Made by a program: the position numbers and the translations under genes
The notes under the pieces: generated by a model
The model's database searches: none
Told to the model about the DNA's origin: nothing
The model's input: the letters and a program-made list of their open reading frames with translations, nothing else
Shown here: positions 50,172-60,062 of the stretch, in pieces
Layout of the letters: each line of letters opens with the position of its first letter
Numbering within the stretch: the first letter of the stretch is position 1
From: an uncultured Candidatus Binatia bacterium
GTDB lineage: Bacteria; Desulfobacterota; Binatia; UBA9968; JAJDTQ01
Assembly: GCA_965213675.1 (NCBI GenBank)
Contig: OZ243916.1
Span: forward strand, 480,001 to 544,000
Direction of reading: 5' to 3'
DNA: 64,000 nucleotides

Positions 50172-51155
50172 ATGGCTGAAAATCCGCCCATCGAAGTCGT
50201 CGATAATAGCCAGGAGCCGTCCGCGGACGCGCCCGTGGAACCGGTGTTGCTTGACGATCTCGAAGCGCCGGCGGAGGAGGCCGAGGAGCCGTCCGCAGCG
50301 CTGGTTCCTTTTGACGCGTTGCAGCGTTATCTCTCCGAAATACGCCGCTATCCCGTCCTTACCCGCGAAGAAGAACACGAACTGGCCGTCCAGTACAAGG
50401 AGTTCGGCGACATCGAGGCAGCCTACACGCTGGTACGCTCGAACCTCCGGCTCGTGGTGATGATCGCGCGGGAATACGAGCGTGCCTTCCGTAATCTCCT
50501 GGACCTGATTCAGGAGGGCAACATCGGCCTCATGGAGAGCCTCAAGAACTTCGATCCCTACCGTGGCGTGCGCTTCCCGTCCTACGCCGTCTGGTGGATC
50601 CGCGCCTACATCATCCGTTATCTCATGAACAACTGGCGCATGGTGAAGCTGGGCACGACCCAAGCCCAGCGCCGGCTGTTCTTCAACCTGCAGAAGGAGA
50701 AGGAGAAACTCGAAGCCGAGGGTTTCGTGCCCGGCGCCAGGCTGATCGCGCAGCGTCTGGACGTGAAGGAGTCCGAGGTGATCGAGATGGATCAGCGGCT
50801 CTCGGGCGGCGACGTTTCCACCGACGCCCCCATGGTGCAGGGCGAGTCCCTCACGCTGCTCAATACCCTTGCCGACGACAGCCCGACCCCCGAGGATATC
50901 CTGGCCGAGGACGAGTACCGGGAGGCGGTCAGGGAGCGCCTGAGGATCTTCGGCAAGGGCCTCAAGGACAAGGAGTTGGTGGTGTTCCGCGAACGTCTGA
51001 TGGCGGAGCAGCCGCTCACGCTGCGCGAGATCGGAGAGCGCTACGGCATCAGCCGGGAGCGCGTGCGGCAGATCGAGAATCGGGTCAAGAAGAAGCTCAA
51101 GAGCTATTTGTCCGAGGAGTTCGAGGTCCTCGAAGGCTTCAATGAACGCGCTTGA
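50172..51155 (+). CDS. rpoH: RNA polymerase sigma-32-family factor
   Basis: DLIQEGNIGLM, YAVWWIRA, RpoH box KLGTTQAQRRLFFNL, and region 4 ISRERVRQIE. Confidence 0.92.
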   Translation: MAENPPIEVVDNSQEPSADAPVEPVLLDDLEAPAEEAEEPSAALVPFDALQRYLSEIRRYPVLTREEEHELAVQYKEFGDIEAAYTLVRSNLRLVVMIAREYERAFRNLLDLIQEGNIGLMESLKNFDPYRGVRFPSYAVWWIRAYIIRYLMNNWRMVKLGTTQAQRRLFFNLQKEKEKLEAEGFVPGARLIAQRLDVKESEVIEMDQRLSGGDVSTDAPMVQGESLTLLNTLADDSPTPEDILAEDEYREAVRERLRIFGKGLKDKELVVFRERLMAEQPLTLREIGERYGISRERVRQIENRVKKKLKSYLSEEFEVLEGFNERA

Positions 51156-51188
51156 TGTGGCGCGTGGGATTCTGCTAAGAACCCGGCT

Positions 51189-51641
51189 ATGAACTTCGAG
51201 AACAGCATTGAAATCGGCGTGCCACGGGACACCGCCTGGGACTTCTTGTGGGATGTGGACCGGCTGATCGCCTGTGTTCCCGGTTGTGAGGAGGCCTCGA
51301 CGGTGGAGGCGGGCAAGCTCTACAGCGCCACGATGGTGGCTCGGGTGGGCCCCTTCAAGGTCACGTTTCCGATCAAGATCGAGGTGGTGGAGAACGAGCC
51401 CAAGCACCGGATCAAGGCTCGCGCCTCGGGCAGCGACAACAAGATCGGGAGCCACCTCAAGGTGGATCTGGACGTCTCGCTGGAGGATCGAGGTGAGGCC
51501 ACCGTGGTGTCCCTGGTCGCTTCCGTGGATGTCCTGGGCAAGCTCGCTACCCTGGGGCACAGCATAATCAAGCGCAAGGCCGACAACGACATGGCCAAGT
51601 TCGCGCAGGCCGTCAAAAAGGAACTCGAAGGAGGAGCCTGA
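51189..51641 (+). CDS. coxG: CoxG/SRPBCC domain protein
   Basis: W.FL.D......CVPG, VGP and GKLA.LG..II motifs. Confidence 0.85.
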   Translation: MNFENSIEIGVPRDTAWDFLWDVDRLIACVPGCEEASTVEAGKLYSATMVARVGPFKVTFPIKIEVVENEPKHRIKARASGSDNKIGSHLKVDLDVSLEDRGEATVVSLVASVDVLGKLATLGHSIIKRKADNDMAKFAQAVKKELEGGA

Positions 51642-51644
51642 TCC

Positions 51645-52514
51645 ATGCTGCGTCCGTTCCGTCTGGAAGAGCCCGAGAGCGTCAAGGATGCATCCGAGGC
51701 GCTTGCCCGCTACGGTGACTCCGCCAAGGTGTACGCGGGCGGCACCGAGTTGCTCTTGGCCATGAAGGAAGGGCTGGTCCACTTCGAATGCCTGATCAAC
51801 GTCAAGAAGATTCCGGGCCTTGACGGGGTTCGGCGTGACAATGGCAACGTCCGAATCGGCGGCCTGAGCACGCACCGGGCGCTCGAGTGTTCCGAGGTGC
51901 TGGCAGGCGCCCTGCCTGTGCTGGTGGAGATGGAGCACAACGTCGCCAACCTGCGCGTGCGCGAGGTGGGCACCATCGGCGGCAATCTGACCTTCGCCGA
52001 GCCCCACGCGGACCCCGGCACGCTGCTGCTGGCGCTGGACGCCACGGTGATGGCGCGGAAGGCGGACGGGGAACGCGAAATCGCCATGGCCGACTTCTTC
52101 GTCGACGCTTACGAGGCCGCCCTCGAGGAGGATGAGATCCTCACCGAGATCGTGGTGCCCGTGCCCGGGGCCAACGCCGCGGTGCGCTATCGCAAGTTCG
52201 GCTATCTGGAGCGCCCGAGCGCGGGCGTGGCATTGCATGTGGTGGCGGACGAGGCGCGGCAGTCGGTGCGGGACGTGCGCGTCGCCGTGGGTTGCGTCGG
52301 CCCCAAGTCCATGCGGGTGGAAGAGGCCGAGGCGACGCTGCGCGGGAAGAGCCTGGAGGAAGCGGCCAGCGCCATGGCCGAGGCCGGCGCCATCGCCGGG
52401 CGCGCCGGGGACGCCATCAGCGACCTGCACGGTTCGGCCGAGTACAAGGAACACATCGTCAAGGTGCTGCTGACCCGCGCCTTCAACGATATTCGCGCCG
52501 AGCTGGCCGGGTAG
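51645..52514 (+). CDS. coxM: Xanthine dehydrogenase/CO dehydrogenase family FAD-binding medium subunit
   Basis: AGGTEL, GTIGGNL and SDLHGSAEYK motifs. Confidence 0.9.
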   Translation: MLRPFRLEEPESVKDASEALARYGDSAKVYAGGTELLLAMKEGLVHFECLINVKKIPGLDGVRRDNGNVRIGGLSTHRALECSEVLAGALPVLVEMEHNVANLRVREVGTIGGNLTFAEPHADPGTLLLALDATVMARKADGEREIAMADFFVDAYEAALEEDEILTEIVVPVPGANAAVRYRKFGYLERPSAGVALHVVADEARQSVRDVRVAVGCVGPKSMRVEEAEATLRGKSLEEAASAMAEAGAIAGRAGDAISDLHGSAEYKEHIVKVLLTRAFNDIRAELAG

Positions 52515-52564
52515 CCGGTCGCTGCAACCATCGGACAGTCAGAAACCAGCGGAGGCCAACGGCT

Positions 52565-53059
52565 ATGGCAGACACAGGACGGCAGACCCTTCCGCTATCC
52601 TTCACCGTGAACGGAACGCGTTACGACATCGAGGTGGAGCCGCAGGAGTTGCTGCTCGACGTGATTCGCAAGCGCTTGGGACTGACCGGAGCGAAACGTT
52701 CCTGTGACGTGCAGGTGTGCGGCGCGTGCACGTTGCTGCTCAATGGGCGGCCGGTGAGTTCGTGCACCTTGCCGGCCTTCGAGGCGCGGGACAAGGACGT
52801 CCTCACCATCGAGGGTATGGCCCGGGACGGCAAGCTGCATCCGATTCAGGAGGCGTTCATCGAGTATGGCGGCTTCCAGTGCGGCTTCTGCACGCCCGGC
52901 ATGATCCTGACCGCCAAGACACTGCTGGACGAGAACCCGAATCCCACGGACGAAGAGGTCATCGAATACATGAACGGCAATATCTGCCGCTGCACGGGCT
53001 ACAAGAAGATCGTCGAGTCCATCACGGGGGTGGGGAAGCCCAACGCCGAGGTGTCCTGA
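52565..53059 (+). CDS. coxS: Xanthine dehydrogenase/CO dehydrogenase family 2Fe-2S small subunit
   Basis: CDVQVCGAC, QCGFCTPGM and GNICRCTGY motifs. Confidence 0.93.
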   Translation: MADTGRQTLPLSFTVNGTRYDIEVEPQELLLDVIRKRLGLTGAKRSCDVQVCGACTLLLNGRPVSSCTLPAFEARDKDVLTIEGMARDGKLHPIQEAFIEYGGFQCGFCTPGMILTAKTLLDENPNPTDEEVIEYMNGNICRCTGYKKIVESITGVGKPNAEVS

Positions 53060-53093
53060 TCATCGGGTCTTTGCCGTCGGAGGACGGATGCGG

Positions 53094-53128
53094 AAAGGGC
53101 AGGTGTCGGATGACACCTGCCCTTTTTT
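53094..53128 (+). terminator. Intrinsic terminator after coxS
   Basis: AAAGGGCAGGTGTC-GGAT-GACACCTGCCCTTT followed by further T residues. Confidence 0.85.
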
Positions 53129-53170
53129 CGTGATGGCGCGGATCGGCTCCGCTGGCCCGCGGAGGACGCG

Positions 53171-54100
53171 TCACGCGCGGATTTCCGTCCTCATGAACTT
53201 GATGTAGGCGATGCCGAAGCACACCGCTACCAGCGCCAGCAGCGTGAAGAACATGGGCAGGATCAGGCGCATGCTCTGCCCCAGGCTCAGGGGCGTGATG
53301 ATCAGTCCCTGTAGTTGTCCGAGTTGCTCGGGCAGCACTGGCACCAGCGTTCGCGCCACCGGATTGAGCAGCAGTCGCACCGACTCGCTGTACAATGTAC
53401 TCGGGGACATGCGTCCCAGAACGGTTTCGATGGTGGCCAGCCGGGTCACCTCGTCCGCCGTGGCCGGGTTCGGGATGATGAGACCGGCGACGAAACTCGC
53501 GAGCACACCGATGAAGATGCCGAGGAAGAGCCACAGGGCGATGGACGCCAGCGCAGCGGTGACGGTTCTCCGGAGCAGCATGGAGAGCAGCATGGCGAGG
53601 GCCAGCCAGAACCCGGTGTAAGCGATACCGACAATGGCGAAGAACAGCATCCGCCACAACTCCTCGGCATTGGGGAAGTACCCGATGAGGGTGATGCCGA
53701 GGCCGATCACGACGAGCAGGATCGATACCCACAGGATCGCCAGCGTGGTGAGGCCCGCCAGAAACTTGCCGTTGATCAGACTGTCTCGATAGATGGGCTG
53801 GGAGAGCACCCGGCTGAGTGTTCCGCGGCCGTATTCGCCGCTGATACTGTCGAATCCCAGGGTAATGCCCACCAGCGGGCCGAAGAACCCCAGGAATGTG
53901 GATAGCGAGAAGAAAATGGACTCCGTCGTGAGCAGCCTCAGAAAAACATGTTCGGTCGGATCGCCTTGCAGCGACGACTGGAGCCCCTGTCCGGCGAAGT
54001 AGACGGACAGGATGCCGGGCAGGATGATCAGGGCGAGCAGGATCATGAAGCGCAGGCTGCTGAAATGATCCTGAAGCTCTTTCCAATACACGACGAGCAT
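53171..54100 (-). CDS. ABC-2 type transporter permease
   Basis: WKEL.DHF, GFDSISGE..RGTL.RVLSQPIYRD..INGKF. Confidence 0.9.
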   Translation of the reverse strand: MLVVYWKELQDHFSSLRFMILLALIILPGILSVYFAGQGLQSSLQGDPTEHVFLRLLTTESIFFSLSTFLGFFGPLVGITLGFDSISGEYGRGTLSRVLSQPIYRDSLINGKFLAGLTTLAILWVSILLVVIGLGITLIGYFPNAEELWRMLFFAIVGIAYTGFWLALAMLLSMLLRRTVTAALASIALWLFLGIFIGVLASFVAGLIIPNPATADEVTRLATIETVLGRMSPSTLYSESVRLLLNPVARTLVPVLPEQLGQLQGLIITPLSLGQSMRLILPMFFTLLALVAVCFGIAYIKFMRTEIRA

Positions 54101-54102
54101 CG

Positions 54103-55035
54103 CTACGCCTCCCTGAAGTACTTGAGATAGATCTCTTCGAGCGTCGGGTCCTCGGAGCGGAGTTGCATCAGGTCGAGTCCCTGGTCCCGAATCAATGCCA
54201 TCAGCTCCGGCCGAACGTCGCGGGTACAGCGGATGAACCATCCCGCCGCCCGTCGTTCGCATTGGCCCACGCCGGGCAGGGCGCTCAGCATGTCCTCCAG
54301 GGGGTGGTCGCCGCCGACCTCCACCAGGAAGTTCCACTGGTGCTCGTTGAGGATGGCCTTGCCCAGATCGTCGGGACTGCCCTGCACCACCATGCGGCTG
54401 CTGACGATGATGCCGATGCGCTGGCACACCCGCTGCACCTGATGCAGAAGGTGGGAGCACAGCAGCACGGTGAGGCCGCGCTCCTGCCGGAGCGTGGTGA
54501 TCAGGCCGAGGAGCCGGGTCACCCCGTCCGGATCGATACCCAGGGTGGGTTCGTCCAGGATGATCACCTCCGGTTCCTTCACCAGCACTTCGGCGATGCC
54601 CAGCCGCTGTTTCATGCCGCGGGAGAACTCCCGCACCAGCCGGTTGCCGTCATTGGCCAGACCCACCTGGTCGAGTACCTGTTCCAGCAGGTTGCCGAGC
54701 CTGCCCTCGTCGATTCGGTTGAGCCGCGCGATGTAGGCGAGGTTTTCGTGCGCGGTGAGATCCTCGTAGAATCCCGGATTCTCCGGCAAATACCCCACGC
54801 GCCCCTTGACCTCCAACGGCTGGGTCTTGGGATCGAAACCGCACACCGACGCCGTTCCGTACGTGGGCTCCGTCAGCCCCAGGAGCATCAGGATCGTCGT
54901 CGTCTTGCCCGCGCCGTTGGGGCCAAGGAAGCCGAACACTTCGCCCCGGGGAATCTGCAAATCCAGTCCGTTGACCGCGACCTTGTCCCGGTAGCGCTTG
55001 GTCAATCCCTTGGTTTCGATGACGTAATCGCTCAT
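54103..55035 (-). CDS. ABC transporter ATP-binding protein
   Basis: GPNGAGKTT, FSRGMKQR and LDEPT motifs. Confidence 0.93.
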   Translation of the reverse strand: MSDYVIETKGLTKRYRDKVAVNGLDLQIPRGEVFGFLGPNGAGKTTTILMLLGLTEPTYGTASVCGFDPKTQPLEVKGRVGYLPENPGFYEDLTAHENLAYIARLNRIDEGRLGNLLEQVLDQVGLANDGNRLVREFSRGMKQRLGIAEVLVKEPEVIILDEPTLGIDPDGVTRLLGLITTLRQERGLTVLLCSHLLHQVQRVCQRIGIIVSSRMVVQGSPDDLGKAILNEHQWNFLVEVGGDHPLEDMLSALPGVGQCERRAAGWFIRCTRDVRPELMALIRDQGLDLMQLRSEDPTLEEIYLKYFREA

Positions 55036-56264
55036 CGCCGTCCCAACCGGATGAACACCGCCGCGAGTCCGAGCACCACCACGCCCACGATGAAGGCCCC
55101 GATCCAGCCCCAGATGGTCGGCGTCGAAACCGTGATCCGGAAGTCGATGGATTTGGCCACGTCCGGGCTGTTGGTGGTCACCGCCAGCATGTAGTCGCCC
55201 GCCACGGCACGGTCCGGCGCGGTGACTTCCATCTTTACCTCGCGAACCTCTCCCGGATTGAGGGAGTCGACCTTGTCGGGGCGGAAGTTGACCTCCCACC
55301 CGTCGGGCTTCGACGAGATGAACGCCAGATTGGTGAGGGGCGCGGTGCCCGCGTTGGCGATCAGGAAATCCACCTGAGACTCTTCGCCGGCCGTGGCCGC
55401 TGCATTGAGCCGGCCCGTGGCCGTGCCCATGTTCAATTCCTGCGTGCCCGCAAGGGCGACCTTCAGGTCCACCTGCGCGGACAGCCCGGCAGCGCGCGCC
55501 CCGACGACGATGGGGTAGTCGCCAGGCTCTCCCTGGAGGGGCGGCTGAATCTCGACGCTCAGGGTTTCGGTGGAATCCTTCTTGAGCGCGATGGAGGATA
55601 TCTGCGTGTCTTCGAATTGTGGCTTGATCCGCACCACCCAGCCCGGAGGCGACTGTGCCGCCAGGGCAGTCGTCACCGGATTGTCGGTCTCGTTCTTGAG
55701 GTCGATGCTGAACTTGAACACCTGGCTGGTGTTACCGCTCAACACCGGGTACTGGCTCTCCATCTTGAGCCCCCCGGTATCGATCTTCTTGGCCGAGACG
55801 CGAAAGGCGACCTTGGCGTTCTCCGTCTTCTCCCCAGCGTCGTCGCTGGCGGTCACCGCTACCTCGTAATCCCCCGGCTCCACGTCGTCCGGGAGTTTGA
55901 CCTTGAATTCAAGGGTGGTGGATTTCTCCCCCTGAACCACGATCCCGGCCACTGGATAGCTCGGATACCGCGAATGAAACCCCGCGCTCCACCCGTCCGG
56001 CAGTGCGGTGGCTTCCAGTTCCACCCGCACCGTCGCCTTCCTCGGGTTGACGATCTCGGCATCCATTTCGAACTCCTGGCCGGGGCCCACGGTGATGCCG
56101 GTGTAGGCCATGATCAGTTCGAAGGGTTCCTTTTCCTCGTCCGGTATGTTGTCTGTCTGCGACGCACCGGTTTCCGCAGTCTCGTGCGCCGTGCCCGAAA
56201 GCGGCCAATGAACCGCCAGCACGGCCAGCAAAAGAAAGACAAGAAAAGCCTTGCTAGTCCTCAT
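55032..56264 (-). CDS. COG1470/NEW3-repeat exported, membrane-anchored ABC accessory protein
   Basis: Signal peptide, three Ig-like repeats (P.GW...PGDY) and C-terminal TM ending GRR. Confidence 0.85.
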   Translation of the reverse strand: MRTSKAFLVFLLLAVLAVHWPLSGTAHETAETGASQTDNIPDEEKEPFELIMAYTGITVGPGQEFEMDAEIVNPRKATVRVELEATALPDGWSAGFHSRYPSYPVAGIVVQGEKSTTLEFKVKLPDDVEPGDYEVAVTASDDAGEKTENAKVAFRVSAKKIDTGGLKMESQYPVLSGNTSQVFKFSIDLKNETDNPVTTALAAQSPPGWVVRIKPQFEDTQISSIALKKDSTETLSVEIQPPLQGEPGDYPIVVGARAAGLSAQVDLKVALAGTQELNMGTATGRLNAAATAGEESQVDFLIANAGTAPLTNLAFISSKPDGWEVNFRPDKVDSLNPGEVREVKMEVTAPDRAVAGDYMLAVTTNSPDVAKSIDFRITVSTPTIWGWIGAFIVGVVVLGLAAVFIRLGRR

Positions 56265-56429
56265 GAAAGACCCCCATGGTGTGGTTTGCAAAGTGGTGTG
56301 GTTTCACCAGGTTCGAATTGGTTTCGCACAAGTTAAGCACGACCGGTGGGGGAGTCAATCCCACGACGGTCGTTGGGTTCGCGCTCCTTCCGCGTCCGGC
56401 CTGGGGGACGCGGTGCGCCATGGCCGTGG

Positions 56430-56882
56430 TTACAGCCGTCCAAGCTGCCGAAGCCCCTCGTAGAGCACGATGGAAACGGCGTTGGCGAGGTTCAGGCTTC
56501 TCACCGCCGGGCTCATCATGGGAATGACATAGCTGCGCGCCTCGTTGGCGTGAAGCAGCTTCTCCGGGAGACCTCGGGTCTCGGGTCCGAACACGAGAAA
56601 ATCGTCTTCCTCGAACCGCGCCGAGACATAGGATCGCGCGGCCTTCCTGGAGAAGAAATACAATTGTCCGCCGCCGTGGCGGTCCAGAAACTCCCGCCAG
56701 GAACCGTGCACCCGCAGGTCCACGTAGGGCCAGTAGTCCAGGCCGGCGCGCTTGAGGTGCCTGTCATCGAGCTGAAAGCCAAGGGGTTCGATCAGGTGCA
56801 GGGGACACCGGGTGGCGGCGCACAGGCGCGCCACCGAACCCGTGTTGGGCGGGATCTCCGGTTCGAAGAGCACGACGTTCAT
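56430..56882 (-). CDS. trmL: tRNA (cytidine/uridine-34 2'-O)-methyltransferase
   Basis: EPEIPPNTG, RAGLDYW, FGPETRGLP and RSLNLAN motifs. Confidence 0.95.
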   Translation of the reverse strand: MNVVLFEPEIPPNTGSVARLCAATRCPLHLIEPLGFQLDDRHLKRAGLDYWPYVDLRVHGSWREFLDRHGGGQLYFFSRKAARSYVSARFEEDDFLVFGPETRGLPEKLLHANEARSYVIPMMSPAVRSLNLANAVSIVLYEGLRQLGRL

Positions 56883-56895
56883 GTTCTTCCTTCGC

Positions 56896-57357
56896 TCATG
56901 ACCGTTTCCCGGACGTCGCGCTGTCGATGAGGAACGTCACCGGCCCGTCGTTCACCAGAGACACCTTCATGTGCGCCTGGAAGGTCCCGGTGGCGACCCG
57001 CGGCCCGACGGCGCGCGCCAGCCGGTCCACGAAGTCCCGGTACAACCGGTCCGCCTCCTCCGGCGCGGCCGCGGCCGTGAGGGAAGGGCGGCGGCCCTTG
57101 CGGCAGTCGCCGTAGAGGGTGAACTGGGACACCACGAGGATCTCGCCCCGGGTGTCCAGGAGGGAACGGTCGAAGCGTCCGGCGGCGTCGGGAAAGATCC
57201 GAAGATGCAGCAGCTTGTCCGCGAGCCACGCGCCGTGTTCCTCGGAATCCCCCTTGCCGACCCCGAGGAACACGCACAGTCCGGGTCCGATGGCCGAAAC
57301 CGTCTCGCCGCCGACGCTCACGGCGGCCTGTTCAACGCGCTGTATCAGGATTCTCAT
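56896..57357 (-). CDS. dtd: D-aminoacyl-tRNA deacylase
   Basis: MRILIQRV, SQFTL, KGRRP and NDGPVT motifs. Confidence 0.95.
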   Translation of the reverse strand: MRILIQRVEQAAVSVGGETVSAIGPGLCVFLGVGKGDSEEHGAWLADKLLHLRIFPDAAGRFDRSLLDTRGEILVVSQFTLYGDCRKGRRPSLTAAAAPEEADRLYRDFVDRLARAVGPRVATGTFQAHMKVSLVNDGPVTFLIDSATSGKRS

Positions 57358-57478
57358 CGGGTGCGTGCGGTGGCAGCCGGTTCCCCGGAGACGTTGACTT
57401 CCCAACACCCTTCCGACTAACAACAGCCGGACCATTGTTCAATAGACCGCGGTTCGTGGAGGCCCGGAAATACAGCGC

Positions 57479-58465
57479 ATGAGTACCATCCTCGTCACCG
57501 GAGCGTGCGGCTTCATCGGCTGGAAGGTGTGCGAGCTGCTGCTTGCCCGCGGCGATGCCGTCATCGCCGTGGATGACCGCAATCCGGCCTACGACGTGCG
57601 CCTAAAGGATTGGCGCTTGGCGCGACTCCAGGGGCAGCCGGGTTTTTCCTTTGCGCCCGCGGACATCAGCGATCGCGGGGCGATGCCGGCGCTGACGCAT
57701 GCCGTGGAGACACTCGGTCCGGTGGCCGCGGTGATCAATCTGGCCGCCCGGGCAGGGGTGCGCGCGTCGGTCGGCGACCCCTGGGTCTATTGTTCCACCA
57801 ACGTCACGGGAACCCTGAACCTTCTCGACCTGTGCCGTACGCGGGGTATCGGGAAGTTCGTGCTCGCGTCCACGTCGAGCCTCTACGGCGGCGACAACCC
57901 GCGCCCCTTCCAGGAGGACGCCGCCACCGACCGCCCCCTGTCGCCGTACGCCGCCTCCAAGAAGGCCGCCGAGGTCATGGCGCACACCTACCACGCCCTT
58001 CACGGCATCGACGTCACCGTGCTGCGCTTCTTCACCGTCTATGGGCCGGCGGGTCGCCCGGACATGAGCCTGTTCCGCTTCGTTCAGTGGATCAGCGAAG
58101 GGCAGGAGGTCGCGGTTTTCGGCGACGGTACGCAGCAGCGCGATTTCACCTACGTCGATGATGTCGCTCGGGGCGTCCTCGCCGCGGTGGCGGCCGCGCC
58201 CGGCTACGAAATCATCAATCTCGGCTCCGACCGCCCCATTGTCCTCAACGACGCCCTCCACCTGATCGAACGGCTCCTCGGCCGTCGCGCCGCCGTCCGT
58301 TACCATGATCGACACCCGGCGGACATGGACGCGACCTGGGCCGACATCTCCAAGGCCCGGCGTCTGCTGGGCTGGCAGCCCGAGACGGATTTCGCCACAG
58401 GCGTGGGCAGACTCGTGGACTGGTACCGCCGCAACAGGGACTGGGCCAGGGACATTGCCACGTGA
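57479..58465 (+). CDS. NAD-dependent epimerase (UDP-glucuronate 4-epimerase-like)
   Basis: TGACGFIG, LAARAGVR, YAASK and RFFTVYGP.GRPDM motifs. Confidence 0.9.
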   Translation: MSTILVTGACGFIGWKVCELLLARGDAVIAVDDRNPAYDVRLKDWRLARLQGQPGFSFAPADISDRGAMPALTHAVETLGPVAAVINLAARAGVRASVGDPWVYCSTNVTGTLNLLDLCRTRGIGKFVLASTSSLYGGDNPRPFQEDAATDRPLSPYAASKKAAEVMAHTYHALHGIDVTVLRFFTVYGPAGRPDMSLFRFVQWISEGQEVAVFGDGTQQRDFTYVDDVARGVLAAVAAAPGYEIINLGSDRPIVLNDALHLIERLLGRRAAVRYHDRHPADMDATWADISKARRLLGWQPETDFATGVGRLVDWYRRNRDWARDIAT

Positions 58466-58642
58466 CGGAGACCCGGCGGAGAGTGGCTGCCGGGCGGCGT
58501 GGTGCGCCCGCAGTTCCCGGAGAGTCGCCAATCCCGCGCCTTGATGCTACATACTACGGTAGAGGATCGGCGGCCGTGCCGGCCCGCGGGACGCTTGCCC
58601 CCAGAACCGGATGAACCGGACAGCCCGATCCCCACGTCCCAC

Positions 58643-58735
58643 GGAGAGGTGACCGAGTCCGGCTTAAGGTGCACGACTGGAAATCGTGTGTACCCCAAAA
58701 GGGTACCAGGGGTTCGAATCCCCTCCTCTCCGCCA
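58643..58735 (+). tRNA. tRNA-Ser(GGA)
   Basis: GGAGAGG/CCTCTCC acceptor stem, anticodon arm CACGA-CTGGAAA-TCGTG, long variable arm, GGTTCGAATCC T-arm and encoded CCA. Confidence 0.97.
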
Positions 58736-58854
58736 CCCGATCCGCGCAACCGGGGGTTCCACTCGACCCTTTTCGATCCGTCCCATCCGTCATCGCGCCG
58801 CTTTCCGGTTTGCGCACCGCCGGAGACGCCGGCGGTTCCGGCCGCGGGAGGGCC

Positions 58855-60036
58855 ATGAAGACCGACCACAGAAACGTACTGGTCCTCGGTACTTGTCAGA
58901 TGCTGTCCGGCACGGGGCGCGGCCTCTTCATGGTGACGTCCCCGGCGGTGGCCCTCTTGATTGCACCGCATCGGGCGCTCGCCACCTTGCCGACCGGGCT
59001 GATCGTCGTGGGCGCGGCCCTCGCCGCCATGCCCACCTCGTTCTTCACGCGGCGGTTTGGACGCAGGATCGGTTTCCTTTGCGGCACCGCCCTCGCCGCG
59101 GCCAGCGGGATTGCCTGCATGGCCGCCGTCCTCTACCAGAACTTCCCGCTGCTGTTGCTGGGTGGTTTCCTGTACGGGTTGTTTTCCAGCTTTTCCCAAC
59201 TCTATCGGTTCGCGGTGGCCGACGCTGCCTCGGAGGATTTCCGTCCCAAGGCCATTTCCCTGGTGCTGGCGGGCGGCGTGTTCGCCGGCTTTGCGGGTCC
59301 CAACCTGGCCAATTGGGGCAAGGAGTTGCTGACGGGCCACCTTTACGCCGGCGCGTTCATGTTCATGATCGGCACCGGGCTGCTGGCGGCGCTGGCGCTC
59401 CTGTTTCTCAACATTCCGAACCTGACCAAGGCGCAACGGGAAGGTGAGCAGCGGTCGTTGCTGGAAATCGTCAAGCAGCCGGTATTCATCGTCGCCGCGG
59501 TCTCCGCGACGGTGGCTCAAAGCGTCATGAATTTTCTGATGACGGCGACGCCGGTGGCCATGATCGTGTACGGTGGCCACGATTTCGGTTCCGTGGCCAT
59601 CGTGCTTTCCTCGCACTCGGTGTCCATGTTCGCGCCCGGTTTCGTCACAGGCTCACTGGTCAAGCGGTACGGTGCGATCTCGATCATCTTCACCGGCCTC
59701 ACCCTCCAGGGCGCCTGCATCGCCGTCGCCCTGTTGGGCATCCACGTGGCCCATTTCTGGTTGGCGTTGGTCCTGCTCGGGGTGGGTTGGAATTTTACGT
59801 ACACCGCTGCCACCACCCTGATGACCACCGCCTACACCCCGGCCGAACGCAACAAGACGCAGGGAATGATGAATCAGATCATTTACACGGTGGTCGCCAT
59901 CGGGTCGCTGTCGTCCGGCGTGTTCATCCACTTCCTGGGCTGGACTTGGGTGAATATCGGCGCCACGCCGATGCTGCTGTTGGCCGCGCTCGTGACCATC
60001 TGGCATGTCGCCACAAAGTCGAAGGCTGCCGCCTGA
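58855..60036 (+). CDS. MFS transporter
   Basis: RRFGRR.GF, YRFAVAD, KAISLVLAGG and GVGWNF motifs; about 12 TM. Confidence 0.9.
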   Translation: MKTDHRNVLVLGTCQMLSGTGRGLFMVTSPAVALLIAPHRALATLPTGLIVVGAALAAMPTSFFTRRFGRRIGFLCGTALAAASGIACMAAVLYQNFPLLLLGGFLYGLFSSFSQLYRFAVADAASEDFRPKAISLVLAGGVFAGFAGPNLANWGKELLTGHLYAGAFMFMIGTGLLAALALLFLNIPNLTKAQREGEQRSLLEIVKQPVFIVAAVSATVAQSVMNFLMTATPVAMIVYGGHDFGSVAIVLSSHSVSMFAPGFVTGSLVKRYGAISIIFTGLTLQGACIAVALLGIHVAHFWLALVLLGVGWNFTYTAATTLMTTAYTPAERNKTQGMMNQIIYTVVAIGSLSSGVFIHFLGWTWVNIGATPMLLLAALVTIWHVATKSKAAA

Positions 60037-60062
60037 CCGGCTGCGAGGAGGACATCATTCCC

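Noticed and set aside
58643-58860. tRNA-Ser as an integration site
   Set aside because: No integrase and no duplicated tRNA 3' end found in the window.
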